Assembly: GCA_002269645.1 (NCBI GenBank)
Contig: NIVC01002504.1
Span: 102,673 to 166,672, forward strand
DNA: 64,000 bases
Direction: 5' to 3'
DNA from: Macrostomum lignano
Lineage: Eukaryota
In this document: piece after piece, positions 1-13,337 of the stretch
Layout of the letters: each line of letters opens with the position of its first letter
How positions within the stretch are numbered: the stretch's first letter is position 1
Program-made: the position numbers and the translations under genes
The notes under the pieces: generated by a model
Seen by the model: the letters and a program-made list of their open reading frames with translations, nothing else
Told to the model about the DNA's origin: nothing
Databases searched by the model: none

Positions 1-229
1 TCACCAATCTCGTTAATCTCGCTCCCAACGGTGGCGGTGCCAGAGCTGCTCGCAGCATTGGCGGGCTGCATGATCGGGCGGGCATCGTCACCAATCTTGC
101 TCCCAACGGTGGCGGTATCAAAGCCGTTCGCAGCATTGGCGACATTGGTCTTCACATGCTGCCATTCCCACTATCCAGCTGCTTGCAAACTGCGGCGGCC
201 ATGTGCCAAAATACCTGCGGCAGCTGCTT

Positions 230-1501
230 GGCGCAAATGGAATGCAGGCCCAATGAATTTATATTCCTCGATAGCAGCCCGCTTGGTCGCATCCGCTGTG
301 GGCCTATTCATGCCATTTTTTATAACCCAGCCTGTGAAACTGCATGTCCAAGTTCTTCGGTGGAATATACAGCGCGAAGCAGGCTCTAAAGAGCCTTGTC
401 GAGAACCACCACATCCGCTTCCTTTCCCTTTTTAGTTAGGTAGTTGCGGAATTCCTGTTTGATAACAGATAACGCAGTCGCCCAAACTTGAACGCTTTCC
501 GTCAGATGTGTGTGCTCGTCATCAGCACGCGGTCCAACATCGGCCTCGGTGCCAGCTTCCTTAGCCACCGCGCTGTCCGATGGGTTGCTGGGCTTCAGCG
601 GGTCCGACGTACTGTTCAGCACTACAAGGTCTATTGCGATGTCTTCGTATTGCCGCGGCTCTGTCCCCACGTTAATAGCTCCTGAGTTGCAGGGATCGAC
701 TGGGTTGTTAATGTTCGCAGACTTTAACCCGGCCAACACGTTGCCGCTGTCCTTGCAAGTGCGCAGTCCAGCGCTCACTGCGGTCGCCACGTCTGCGAAT
801 GCATCCTGCAGTACGCGATGTTCCGCCTTAAGTATGCCTAAGTGGGTGCTGTACGTGCGGAGCACTGACTCTGCAGCCTTCTGGTCGGCTTCATTAGCGG
901 ACCGTTGTTTGGCTAGTGTAGCCTTTATTTTCTCCAGTTCATTTTTACTTTCTTCTAGCTCAGCTTTGTAGCTGGCAGCTATTGCCTGCTGTGACTTCCG
1001 CTCTTCATCTGCAAGCTGCAGTACGCGCTCCAATTCGGAACGCAGGGTCGCCGCTTCCTGCTGCAGGGTGGCGCAGCGAGTGCAGGTATTCGCCACTCGA
1101 ATGATTGGCTCCGCTGGCGCACTGACGCAGCACTTAATGGCTCTCTCACCCTCCTTTTTTTCGGTATACGGCCCCTTGAACAGTGTGCCTTCGTGCAGCG
1201 AGGCCTTAGCTGCATTTTTTGCGACGCGCACAAGGACATGGGCACCTAGTATGAGCAGCTCGCTCTCGGGATGCGTGTCCGGATCCGCTTCCGCCGCAGC
1301 AGATTCGGGTTTAACACTTAGCTGCGTGCGATTCACGAGGCTGACCTCTTTTTTGCCTGTCGCCCAGCAGACGACCCACCACTCGTCCAAATCCTGTTGG
1401 GGAACCGTCGTCCGTTGAGTGGTCGACGAGCAATTTTTCTCTGCAGCTTTTCTCTTTGTGGTGGCATTCAATTTCTTGGGGGCGCCATTTTTTGTCTGCA
1501 A
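230..1501 (-). pseudogene. Accessory gene of a CMC/EnSpm element: N-terminal 'WWVVCW' segment, coiled coil and degenerate C-terminal BEN domain
   Basis: ORF 386..1501 (371 aa) has a long heptad-rich coiled coil. Reading past its TAG gives SLLRAVYSTEELG and, after a frameshift, KNGMNRPTADATKRAAIEEY. These match BEN-domain helices (LL..LFS.EEL; RP.LD..K..AI). It lies directly downstream of an EnSpm transposase on the same strand. Confidence 0.6.
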
Positions 1502-1848
1502 ATGGAAGGGAAACGTTGCTTCTGAAACGTCCGACTGCTCCGAACATAACGCTAAATTTTTTTTAAATAATAAACTGATGCAACAATGAACAACACTTTT
1601 GAAACAATACGAAACAACACAACATTTGTTTTAATGAAAAAGGCACTTTCCGTAATTCGTTTACTCACATAATAGTAGGCTTAATGAACATTAAGTATAA
1701 GATAAACTACCATAGACGACCAATTCCCCACTTCAAAAGAGCCCAATAAACGACAATTATTGTTGTAGTCAGATTTTAAATAACGGCGATTGTACGTGCT
1801 GTAGGGTTGTTTCCTGTTGACTGAAATCCCACCACTTAGCTATCAATT

Positions 1849-2517
1849 TGTTGTAGGAGGGGTCGGGGGCTATTGGGAATTTTCGGGGTTTTCTTAGAAT
1901 TCGGGGGGGGAACTGCGCAATTTATATTACTAACAGGAGTAAGCCATAGGTTGCTCCTGGTGGCGTAATGTGTCCGAGTGGCAAGACACAGTTTTTCTAT
2001 TCAGTCCGGGGGATATAAATGGGGAAATTTAAGGGCTTCGCAGTGGACTTGAGTTGCCTGAGGAAATTAGCGCACTGGGGAACTCTAATATTCAGCAGGG
2101 AATGCCTGGCATCAGGGGGTATTCAGATGGGGAATTAAGAAGGCAATATGCTTGATCCGGGAATGAAGGAAGGCTAGAATTTTAGCCTTAGTAAGGAGGC
2201 AATATGCCTGATGTGGGAAGTGGATAGATAACTTAGGCAATAGGCCTAGTGGGATAATTAGGCAGTATGCCTGATGTGGGAGTTAGAGCCAGGGCAAACA
2301 GGGAGCCTGGTTGGGGAGTTGGCTGATCGCCGGATCAAACTGAGGGGTCTGGGAGTAGGGAGAGGCTGTACGCCTATTCGGCTTGGGATGAAAAGGGGGT
2401 TTGCAATTCGCCAGAAAGGGAAGGGGTTGTACGCTCTCTCGAGAGGAGTATAGGGGTAGAGGGGTGACTGTTTGCCTTTAAAGAACTGAGTCTGACTCAA
2501 TAGCTATTTTTAGAACA
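1849..2517 (-). repeat. Non-coding LTR-like module, copy 1 (TGTTCTAAAAATAG ... CCTACAACA)
   Basis: Alignable by eye with 30394..30953 (shared cores GGCAACTC.A.TCCAC.GCGAAGCCCTTA and CCCCGGACTGA.TAGAAAA.CTGTGTCTTGCC.CTCGGACAC). It has TG...CA ends and is followed by AGTGGTGGGATT, which resembles a tRNA-Leu primer-binding site. No TSD found. Confidence 0.5.
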
Positions 2518-2823
2518 AGGCGGCACTAAGGCCTAATAGCTAGAAGGCGGTAAGTCAGATCGCCAGGACGCAGGCAAGTAGGCAAGTTGGTCCTCTATCC
2601 ATATATTTAGCTTCTTTATATAGCAAAAATAATAAAAATGGCGGACAATTATAAACAAATATTACGTCTCGAAATGGTTAGAAGATTGTAAGTTAGCAAA
2701 ATAGGAACTTATTAGCGCAAATATATATATATATTTCAGTATCATACCATTATTAGAACTATTTTATGAATATTTCAAACGTTAAAAACGAGCTATAGAA
2801 GGAACAGGCAGAAAAAATAAACT

Positions 2824-5631
2824 TTAATGAGGCACGCAGAACATACTAAACAAATCAACTGTCTCATACGACTCCTTCACTATGTATACTCCTTCACTAG
2901 TGTCTAATTTCACAGACGGAGGCTCTAACGAATGAGACAAACAGAAGTCCCTTAGAATTAGGAGAATTGGGTGTGTGGCATAAAGTTTCGCTGTCGCAGC
3001 ATGCAACAAGAACACAAGGCGCAGACACTTCGGTGACATCACTGGCAATGTCGTCAAAAGGGTTGACAGACAGTCTGCGAACGTGACTGTATACACAACC
3101 GTTGTGAAATTCATTGGTTGACAGCAGGAAGTAAGGGTGATCGACATCGGTTCTTTCCTCAACAGGTAGTCGAACAACGGAGAGGATGACATCATCCGTC
3201 AGGGCCTCGTGGCGTATGGATTGAAGGCGCGCAAAGATGAAGTCGCGTCTGCTGTCACCGTTCCAGAGCACTAGGAAGCACGACACAGTCTTCTTCAGTT
3301 GCAGTCTGGGGTGCCAGATTTTAAGCTGTAAACCTGTTGGCAGCACCAGACTGTTTAAACGCCCATTCTGTCATCTGCCACCTCTGTATAGGCGGATTCG
3401 GAGACGGTGGTATGCGACGGGTTGTCTCGAACGACAAACCGAGATGTCACACCCAGCTGTGATTGGACACGCCTGCAGATCAGTTGTGTGTTTGTGATTT
3501 CAGCCAACTCGGCGGAAATTCGTTTCGAACCATGAATACGGCGACGAAGTGTCAGGTGATGCGATTCGTAGATGCCGGCTGACAAGCAGAATATAGGACC
3601 GAATAGCACCGCCATGCTGGGAAAATGTTCGCACACTTGATGCGCATTGTACGACATAAAATTGGTGGAGTATAGAATGCTGAGCAAACGATAAAAGTAA
3701 CGTAGTGTTCCGTCGGCACGCAGAACTTGCACTTGAGACGCTCCGTCCATGCAAAGCCAAAAGATAGACATGGACAGAAGCAGGAAGTGGTTGTAGTAGT
3801 CTGCGGGTAGGAATTGCTCGAGAATCATTAGACCGTAGACGAGCAGAAATGCTTCCGCCTCGTGACCCCTCATGTGCCCGACCTCGCGGAGAGATCGCCA
3901 GCACCACTGCATGGATGCTCGCACGTGAATGCGAGACTTCGCTGTGTCAATGACAGCTACACGTCTGCTTAAATCGGGGTTGTTTGCGTTTCTGTCGCCC
4001 TTCTTCGCTAGTGGCATGAATAGCTGTTGCATCAGCGATCGGACTAGCCCACAATTTAGCTGGTGGAGATAGCAAGGTGGGCAGTCCTGCATGTAATCGA
4101 ATCCGATTATTTGCGACATCGGGGAGACCCCCGGGGAGTTCGCTCCGTACAGCCTGCTTCCTGTGCCGCTAGAAGGGCTTGTGCGGAAACGGCACATGGA
4201 AAGATCCGCGCGTTTCCAGGGCGATTGACGTCGTGCTCAGTCAGTGTAGCATGTTCCACAGCCGTGTATTGCGTTAAATCACTTGATAAACATGGCGTCT
4301 GCTCGCTGCGGGGCATTCAAAATGAACAGCAAAGTGTGCAGCCGGACACATCCCGCTTCGTCGCCGTTCACGCCGCCATCATAGGTGTGATGGATGCCAT
4401 CAGTCCGAAGAGCATTTAGCTCCTGCACGAGCCATGGCATGAAGGCTTGGCAATGCAGCTTCCTCTTGGAAGCCCAAAAGCCACAGAGAACTACGTAGCG
4501 ACTTTTCTTCGCGTCATGTACTTCGTTAATCGTCAAATACACTGGGGAGCAATCGTAAACACTATGACAGAATACTGGGAACGCATCCAGATTCGTGCTT
4601 ACAGACAAGTCGCGCCGAAGCTGCAAATCGATGGACCTCTTAAATGCAGTATAGCGGATTGAAGAGCCCATGTGCAAGTATTCCATGCTGGATGGCTGAT
4701 CAGCGGGGAAAATAACATTCTGCATTAGGTGGTCGCGCTCTATGAATTGTCGGATCTGACCCTGTATGTCCAGGCGCCAGAATTGTACTACCTCGGGTCC
4801 ACCTGGCAATTGTTCACGACAGCAGGAGATGCAATAACGAATGCCACCGGCGGCATTAATAAAGTTGCCAAGTACCTTGGCTGTTGTAGGGCAGGCCGAG
4901 CCTTCAGGCAAGATGTCAATTGAGTAATGCAGCAAGTCGTCTGTGCCAATTTTCGTTGACGCGCGCTTTTCTGCGTACATTTGCGCTAACGTTGCTATGG
5001 AACCGTACGTGTGCTTCGACCCTGGGAAAACGGGATCGTTTAAACGGGCCAGATTAGGATCGCCGCCGCCTCCACCAACGTCGCCTCCGCCGCCTCCACC
5101 ACCGTCGCCTCTGCCGCCTCCACCACCGTCGCCTCCGCCGCCTCCACCACCGTCGCCTCTGCTGCCTCCACCACCGTTGCCTCCGCCGCCTCCACCACCG
5201 TCGCCTCCGCCACCGCCTCCACCGTCGTCGCTGTCGACGCTGCCCGAACTGTCACCGGCGTCGGAACTGTCACCGGCGTCGGAACTGTCGCCGCTGGCCG
5301 GCCGGTCGTAGTCTCTGGAAGCCCTGGCGGTGCCCTTAGATGCATCGCCTTCGAAGACGCTGAATTTGCCTTCATGGGCCATACTGGCGTCCTGGCCGTC
5401 GACTCTCGAGCTCCTTGCACTAACGCCGCTGGGGTGCGTTCGCTTCGCCATATGTCTGGCAAGCTTTTTTGCGTGCGAGTTTATACAGCGTCTGAATCGG
5501 CGACGCGCCTCATCGTCTTCGTCAGATTGCATGTGTTTCGTGCTAAAAGTGTGTAAACAAAAAGATTTTATATTTACAAAAAGTGGTGTAGCCATAGTCA
5601 AATTGCTGTCTCGTCTATGGCCACATCTCAA
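2824..5631 (-). pseudogene. CMC/EnSpm (CACTA-type) transposase, frameshifted
   Basis: ORF 4279..5631 has STNLDAFPVF..YDCSPVYLTINE..VVLCGFWASKRK..FMPWLVQELNAL. ORF 3355..4197 has DYMQ..YLHQLNCGL, RSLREVGHMRGHEAEAFLLVYG, YYNHFLLL, MSYNAHQ..H...FGPIFCLSAGIYES. These are hallmark motifs of animal EnSpm-like transposases. The C-terminal part is in 2824..3346. Confidence 0.85.
5063..5295 (-). repeat. In-frame 24-bp (GGGGGDGG) and 18-bp (AGDSSD) tandem repeats inside the transposase N-terminus
   Basis: Units such as ACCGTCGCCTCYGCCGCCTCCACC and GGAACTGTCACCGGCGTC are visible and keep the reading frame. Confidence 0.9.
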
Positions 5632-6452
5632 GGCCTACAGTTTCCCCTCGATGGCATTCCGTTCAAGTCCCCCGCTCCTAACACTGGTTCTTTCTTAAGC
5701 CAAGAATGACTACTTGACGTTGACGAATAAATCTTCATAAGTGCACTTCCATTCTACACCACATTTGCTGTTACAACAAAAAGCTAGGTGGGTCCAACCC
5801 TTAATATTTTAGCAGCGAAAATTGAAAGAAATGTACATTAACATTCATTCATTATGCGTACATCAAGACTATTTACACCACACAGGTGCCAATGTAGTTA
5901 TATTTTAGTTACTGTTTTTAACAGTCGCACGTGCACGTACATGGAACTGGAACAGGTGCATGATCGAAAAACTACAAAGGAAAAAGACACTGCAGCTACG
6001 GCTACATGCGCTAGACAGCAAATCCCGACAAATCTCGGCAACATAATAAAACTGGAGCAGCTTACGATGCACACAGCCGGACAAAGAGGAGAACTGGCAA
6101 AGAAAGCCCAACCCCATATCAACGCCGACGTTGCTGTCCAACGCAGCACACACACCGATACTAGTATGCATAAAGCAAAGCGCCATTAATTAAATAAAAA
6201 AAAATTGTCCAAAATTAAATCCCACACTGGGATGAGAGTCTGAATCTTAGAGAAAATGGAGAAAAGGGGTAAGATCCTATTTCAGCATTTCAGGAATTGA
6301 AATTCGAACTGATCGAAACTGAGATTTACTCAGGCTTGGAAGCCTCCGCCTTCTCGCAACGTAAATCTCGCAACGGCCGCTTGCGGCGTCGTAGAGGCCG
6401 CATGGCTTCTATCATTCATGATCTCGTATCATCACGATCATCAGATCATTCA

Positions 6453-7448
6453 TCACGAAATGATCTCGCCCTTGACATCAGGCTTCAGCCAACCCTGCCA
6501 ACCCTCGCCATTTAAAATCGTCTTGTGAATGGCGCTCACGTAGGAAAATACGTAAACACGTGACAGTCTCTTGTTCAGTTCTTGCAGATGGTTGAACTGT
6601 GATGCCATGTCTACAAGCTTAATGGATGCAATTGAAGAAGTCAGCTCTTCAACTTTCACCTGGAGCTTGTGCAGATCGGCTGTCAGCATGGTGATGATGT
6701 TGGTAGCATCAAGAATCGAGCAGTCCTCGTGGGCTTCGCTCAGACAGCGCTCGATACGGGACACAAGGCTCTGGTGCAGCGCGCGGGCCAGCTGGCACAT
6801 GTCCGCTTCGATGTCCTGTTCAGTACGATAGTGAATTTACAAGTGAAGTTTAGAGTACAGAACATCGATTTGATCTGACAGACATGAATATCTTTTAAGT
6901 CGAGTGAATACAAATGAAAGCTATATGGAATTTTAGCAAAGGCTACTACGGTATGCAAACCTTCTGTTCGCGAAGCTGCCAGTTGACTTCACCACTAAGG
7001 CGACGTCGATTGTCCCGTTTCTCCCAAGCCTTGCAATCTGGTGCAGTCACGACGAGCCAACCCTCCAGGAGCTTCACGCTGTCATACTCGCCACCGGGTT
7101 GAATTGACTTGGCGCACTTTTCGTAGCGAGGATAGTCCGATCTGTGATTTATTTTGTAGTTTCGAAATTAAAATTTTACCTACCTTAAATTACTTGAGAT
7201 AGGGCACAAACTTAATTACCGACCCAGACTCACCTGCGAAAGCACTCACTGCGGACACAAAGAAAGTCGGCGACAGACTTCCACAGCATGGTCACCTTCC
7301 AATGTGGTAGCTGGCTGTCCTGGACGACCATCATAAACTCTCTGACAGGCGCCAGCAGGTCCAGCAGGCAAAGCATGTCTGCCACAAAGTTGCTGCCAAA
7401 CAGTTCATTTTGCGAGGTTTCGTTGACCCCGCAATTCATATTTATCAT
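6453..7448 (-). pseudogene. Degenerate intron-containing DNA-transposase-like fragment (probably hAT/ZNF862-like)
   Basis: Three exon-like blocks with GT/AG borders (about 7448-7233, 7143-6961, 6875-6545) encode FVADMLCLLDLLAPVREFMMVVQ, DYPRYEKCAKSIQPGGEYDSVKLLEGWLVV and DIEADMCQLARALHQSLVSRIE, with an in-frame stop. The family assignment is from motif memory only. Confidence 0.4.
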
Positions 7449-7716
7449 GTTTATTTATTATTTATTATTTATTATTTTTTATATTATTTATCATATTTAT
7501 TCACACATATTTAATCTCTTTAAATGCAATGTACAATTGCTCGCTAAACCATCGCCATCCACGCCATGCAATCCACGCCATGCACGCCTTGCATGCCAAA
7601 GTGTATGCCAACCCCTTAAAATATATACCAATGCACGCCATGCATGCCAGCTGAAAGCAAATGCACGCCGGAAAATTCAGGCGTGCACTACATGATCCGG
7701 ACTTTAGGTGCCAAGT

Positions 7717-7822
7717 AGATACATACCAGTGCCAAGTAAATGCACACCAGTGCCAAGTAGATATACACCAGTGCCAAGTAGATGCACACCAGTGCCAAGT
7801 AGATGCACGCTAATGCCAAGCA
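7717..7822. repeat. 21-bp minisatellite (CCAGTGCCAAGTAGATRCACA), about 5 copies
   Basis: Directly visible tandem units. Confidence 0.85.
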
Positions 7823-8579
7823 AATGCATGTCAAACTAATATATTACAGAAAAAACACAACTTTTTGTTTAAAAAATGCTTTTCAAAAAACAAAACTTAA
7901 AAATTTTGTAGCATGCAAATATATAACATTTCTTTTTGGCACATTAAAATTTACTTGTCATTTTGCAATAAAAATAAGTATGAATTCTTGTCTTTATAAG
8001 ACCATGTCTTTTCACAAACTTTTGTCTCAACAAAACATGCCTTACTATCATGCCAGGCCATATTTTATATCAGCTATTCCATGCCATAGCATGCCAATAT
8101 GCCACTTTTAGTATGTAATACCTAAATACATGCCAATGCATGTCATAATTTTTAGGCCAAATTAAATGCGTGCTTAGAATTTTCTAGCATGATATATGCT
8201 TTCTAGAGTATAGCTTGCAGACCTACACAACAAAGATATGTTTGGATATGTAGTTGCAATATTTGTTTTAGGTATCCATGCAATATATGAAATACATGTT
8301 TTTGTGGTTGCAGTTACATATCTATCTTGTTTCTGAAATGTACCCAAGATATGTAATAGATACATTGCTTTATCCCTTATATGTACCTTATTAGCTGTTA
8401 TTTCTATCCTTTTTTCACTTTTTACTCAGCTCACAATTCCCAAATGCAGCCTCAGAATGAATGCTAGTTCATCCTAGTGCACATATGAATCTATAAAAAG
8501 TAAACTCAACACAAAAACTTATTCAAATTTATTCAAAACTTACATTAAACTATAGTATGTCAAAAGCTGGCACTTATAG

Positions 8580-11500
8580 ATGCCATATAAATAATTAAAT
8601 TTATACGGAATTGGAATTGCTGGAATTGCTTTGACCCAGCGGGAGTACAAGTCCACGATATTTAGTAAATACCGCAGCTGGGGTACGGCTGTTTCGATTG
8701 GGTCCGGCACTGGGAGCGGTCCGACTAAATCCATGTGGACCATTGTGAAACGCTGTATAGGTGCATGCATGTGGTGCAGTGGTTGGCAAACATGACAACC
8801 GATTTTCGCTGATTGACATTGTGTGCATTCTGCTGTCCAGCGCTATATGTCTGACTTCATGCATGACCAGAAAAAATGATGGGCGACTAAACGCAGCATG
8901 GCCTTCACGCCTGGATAGGCGATGTAGTGCAGTGCTTGTACAATCTGACGGCGCACGTGCTCTGGTATGAACGGTTGCAGGTTTGGTTTCAAAGTTTCGC
9001 AGTACATCGGACAATCTGATAACCTGGCGTCGAATGGGCGGTAACGGTCACCGCTCGTGAGCCCCGCTTCTCGCTGTGCCTTGGCAATCGCAGAGAGATC
9101 TGCGGGCAACTGCAATGTGTGCACGTCTTCCGATTAGACAGTGTTCACTGTATGCTTGCCAGGTTTGACGATGTCACGAGATAAGGTATCAGTGATCATG
9201 TTCTTAGCTCCTATTCTGAGATCACATATTCTGAGATGGTGGCCAACTGGCGCTGCTGCCGATCAGATAGGCGCTGCTTATTGCTATTGAATGCACCGAC
9301 TAACGGCTTGTGGTTGCTAAACACGGCTGTGGGCTGGCTGTGAATGATGTGTCGCCAGGTCTTGATGGCAGCAAACACGCCTAGAAGTTACGGTCGAACG
9401 CGCTATATGCAATTTCCGCTTTGGTGAGCTTCTGTGAATAGAACGCAATGGGGACTGAATCACCGTCTATATTCTGGTGTAAACTGGCGCCCAATGCGAA
9501 CGAGCTGGCGTCCAATGTGATGGTGAATGAACCAGTTGGGGTCGGGTCTGTCGGGAAGGCGAGAGTCACTGCTGCCGCTAGGCTATCCAAGAGCTTTCGG
9601 AAGGCGGAATCATGTTCTGCTTGTCAATGATAATCAATTTCGGTGAGCAATCGCAGCGGTTGCATAATGCTTGCGTATTTCGGAATGTGGCGCTGGTAGA
9701 AACCAAACATGCCAAGAACGCGCTGAAGGCTCTTGAAGTCTGCTGGAGATGACAGCTGTCGCAGCGCTTCCACGCGGGATGGTAGTGGCTAACTCCGTCT
9801 CGATGCTAAAAAACCGTCTCCTTCCAAAAAACTTGATGCTACTCTGAAAAAACTGGCATTTTGTGGGTTGAACTCGGAGCCCCTCTTTGTGTAGGCGTTG
9901 CAGCACGATCTGAATGTCGTTGTGATGGTCTGCCTCTGACTTGCTGTGAATCAGTATATCGTCAGCGTATGTGATGACACAGATCAAGTCTCAAAACAGC
10001 GAATCGATGAAGCGTTGAAATGTGCTGCCGGCATTGCGCAACCCGAATGGCGTCCGGACGTATTCAAAAGAGCTGAATGGCATGCAGATTGCTATTTTCG
10101 AAATATCCTCCTCGGTATGAAATGGTAGGCCTTGACCAAGTCCAATTTGCTAAAACACGCTGTTGCTACGAAGTTGGTGGTAAAAATGCCGGATATGCAG
10201 AAGTGCGTACCTATTGGCCACCGTCATGCTGTTCAGAGCGCAGTAGTCCCCACAGGGTCTCCACAATCCGACGGCCTTCTTGACCATCTGGAGTGGTGAT
10301 GCCCAAGGGCTGCAGGACGGGCGGACAATGTCCATCTGTACGAGCTTGTCAAATTCTGCCTTGGCCACCTCGTACTTTGCAGGCGAGAGGGCGCGGCTTG
10401 CAGTAGACTGGTTCGCCTGACGTGATGATGCGATGCTGCACCGGAGTTGCTGGCAGGATTGAGTGATCCGCAGCTTCGATCAGCCCGGGATATTTGTCAA
10501 AAATTGCACTACCGTCGACGTCGGATACCACGTGGATTGACGGTGGTCGAAACTCTTGCTTGGCATCGAAATTGAGCGGCGCAACCAGCAAAGTCAGGGG
10601 ATCTCGAAAGCACTTGGCTCCCATGTCGATGGAAAGTTCATAATGAACCAAAAAATCCAATCCAAGAATGGGGGCTGTGTCTGCGACAATGAAGTTGAAT
10701 TGAAAGGTGCAGCGTAAACCTTTTAACGAAAACAAAGCATTGCAATGCCCGTGGGTGCGGACTTTGTGCCCACTGCCCCCGCGAAGCTGAACGTTACAGG
10801 GGGTGCTGAGGTTAAACGGGACAAAACACGGAGGCAATAAGAATTTTTCTGCCCCAGTGTCAACGAGGAATGAAACAGACAAACTTAGTATTTGAGCGCA
10901 AACGATAGGTGTGCAGGCCTGTACGTTGTTATGGCCTGGCCGCAGTACATGACTTACGTACTTGTTTGGGGTCGGCAAAGCCATGCGAGACTAGGCGGGT
11001 GTCGACTGACCTTGTCGGAGTATGTTCGATGGCTTTGGACCTGGCCACTTGCACCAGGGTCGGCAAGTTCGAAGCTCTGTCAACATAGTAGATGTGCACA
11101 TTGCAGACGAGTGGTTGCTGCCGTCGGCGAGGCTAGGCGTCGTGAGCCGGAGGGTCAGGTCGCCGGGAGAAATGCCGGGCCAGTTGCTGCTCTGCATTAG
11201 CAGCAGTGGACAACTGATTGATGTCGGCGAATGGTGAGGGTCGACTGGCAACTGCAAGCATGCTGTCCGCAATCTTGGCAAAATCCTCCAGCGGGCTTGT
11301 GCTCATGTCCGACGAGTGCGGAGCGAATGTGGGGCAGCAACGCAGAGATAAGGCGTGACTTGACTATGGCGTCGTCAACTTTCAGGCTGACCTCGGTAAA
11401 TTGGCGTTTTATTTCATTGACAAATTGGCTTGGTCTCCGATTGCCAAGTTCCATGGCAGAAAGGGCTTCCTCGATTAGCTGATGCCGATTAGCGCGCAGT

Positions 11501-11750
11501 CCATCGCCCACCGCCTTCTTTAACGCATCGTAGTCGTTGCCGTTGAGGTTGAGTTTGCATGTAATATCCTCTGGGAGGGTTGCTAAGGCATAATGGTATT
11601 TGGTGTAGATGCTAGTAAGGTTGGCGAGCGCAAATTGTGACTCCAGCTGATTAAACCAGGTCTTTGGTGACTTCCTGTAAAAAAACAGGTGGTCAAACCG
11701 TTACACGGTTGAGCTCGTTGTGCTGCGTTGGAAGCAATGGCTGTTCTTGT
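8580..11750 (-). mobile_element. Ty3/Gypsy retrotransposon relic (gag, protease, RT, RNase H, truncated integrase)
   Basis: gag TWFNQLESQFALANLT..TKYHYAL and ELGNRRPSQ; protease FLVDTGAE; RT SPWASPLQMV and YADDILIHS; RNase H DASSFALGASLHQ..IAFYSQKLT; integrase FTMVHMDLVGPLP. Many frameshifts; no LTRs recognised. Confidence 0.92.
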
Positions 11751-12826
11751 TGTTGTGTTTGCTGCTTGTGGGCACTCAAAAGAAAGTACTTTTATTAATT
11801 GCAGGGACAGTGGGAAACAAGGCGCTACAAATTTAAGTGAAAAATAAAAATTTGTATTCAATATGCTATTGGTTGATTGGTGAAAATAGAACATACTTTA
11901 TTAACACCGTCAAAACAATTCAGTAGTTTCAATTCAATTCAATTCATTATAACAATGCATTGTATGCAATTAGCATATACCAAAAAGATGGGAAAACTAA
12001 CATAGCGAAATCCAAAAACGTGGGGTAAAACGGTAAAACAAATTTGCGGACATTCGATGGAAGATAATTTATCTAAAAAGCTTTTTGTACTATTGTTTTC
12101 ATGCTTTACATTGCTGAATAAATGAGTAAAAAACCACAAAAAAAGCATTTTAAAAGTTTGAGTTGACCAATTTGCAATTGTTTGTTTCACTTTTTTAATT
12201 TACAAACAATTAATTTTAAGACTTGTAGACCTTGGAGTAGGCTAATTTTTTCACTACTTACAAAACAAAAAGTATTCTGTGTTTTACTTTGTATTTTATT
12301 CAAAAAATGAAGAATTTCTAAGGATTTCCAAGTTTTTCTAAAACCACATAAACTGGCCGGCACCACATCCCGTCATCACCAACGAGCTGTCAAGCAATCA
12401 GTGTGCCAGTCCCTGTGTCCCTGTGTGCCAGGACGGGCCGTTCTGACTCGGTCCGGGTGACAATCGCCGTGTTGTGCCCAGCTTGCACGACGAACTCGGA
12501 GAGTTCTGGCCGTGCGCTTTGGCGAGCTTGGTTAACGATAGGGGCGTCCGTCTCAAAGGTCAGCGTCAACGGGCTTCTCAGTTGCCGACCCATCAGCGCC
12601 GAGGGGCTGCCTCGGCCGTCACTACGTGGAGTCGCTCGGTAGTTCAGCGTGAGCTTAGCCAGGTATGCGTCAAACTGTCCTTGATGAGCTACAAACGCTT
12701 TGAGTCCTCGCTTTACAGGCTGCAACATCCGCTCGGCGCAGCCATTGGACTGCGGGTGGTACGGCGACGTGAAGAGCTGATTGTAGCCGAACCGCTCCAG
12801 CCAGCCTTTAACCACGAGAAGACTGA

Positions 12827-12942
12827 TGGTAAGCAGTGCTTACCATGGCCCAACTCAACTTTCTGCCGACCAGAGTAATTTAAATTCTATGGCTAAATTG
12901 GTAGTATCCGTTCTTGCCGGATATGGTAAGCACTGCTTACCA
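12827..12942. promoter_or_regulatory. Two 19-bp palindromes TGGTAAGCASTGCTTACCA near the left piggyBac end
   Basis: Copies at 12827-12845 and 12924-12942. A binding-site role is inferred. Confidence 0.7.
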
Positions 12943-13337
12943 TGAGTATTCTAGGTTTTCTTGTTTTCTGACAATTATAGGCTTTGTATTCTACATTCTC
13001 AATTGTTTCCTCAGTAACGTTCCTTTGTGCTTTGGTTCAAAAACACACGTTTTGTTCGAAGAGGCTTCAATAAAGTTTGAAATCGAATTTACTAATAACA
13101 GAGTTAAACAACAAAAACGAGAATGAAAAACCTGATAATATTCTGGCTGATCGAACTTACTGCGCATACAGAGCGTACGGCTCGTGCACTACAGAAACTA
13201 TAACTAGTGAAACTAATATAAATTATCAAGAGTTGTGAACTAATTTGAGCTAAAGACAAGAGCCAAAAACAGTAAACAGAAAGGATGAAAACTTTAGTTT
13301 TAGCGGAAAGTGAGTCCATTCTGCCGATGCTCGTACT

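Noticed and set aside
4943-5311. Extensin-like proline-rich gene on the plus strand
   Set aside because: It is the antisense reading of the Gly repeat in the transposase.
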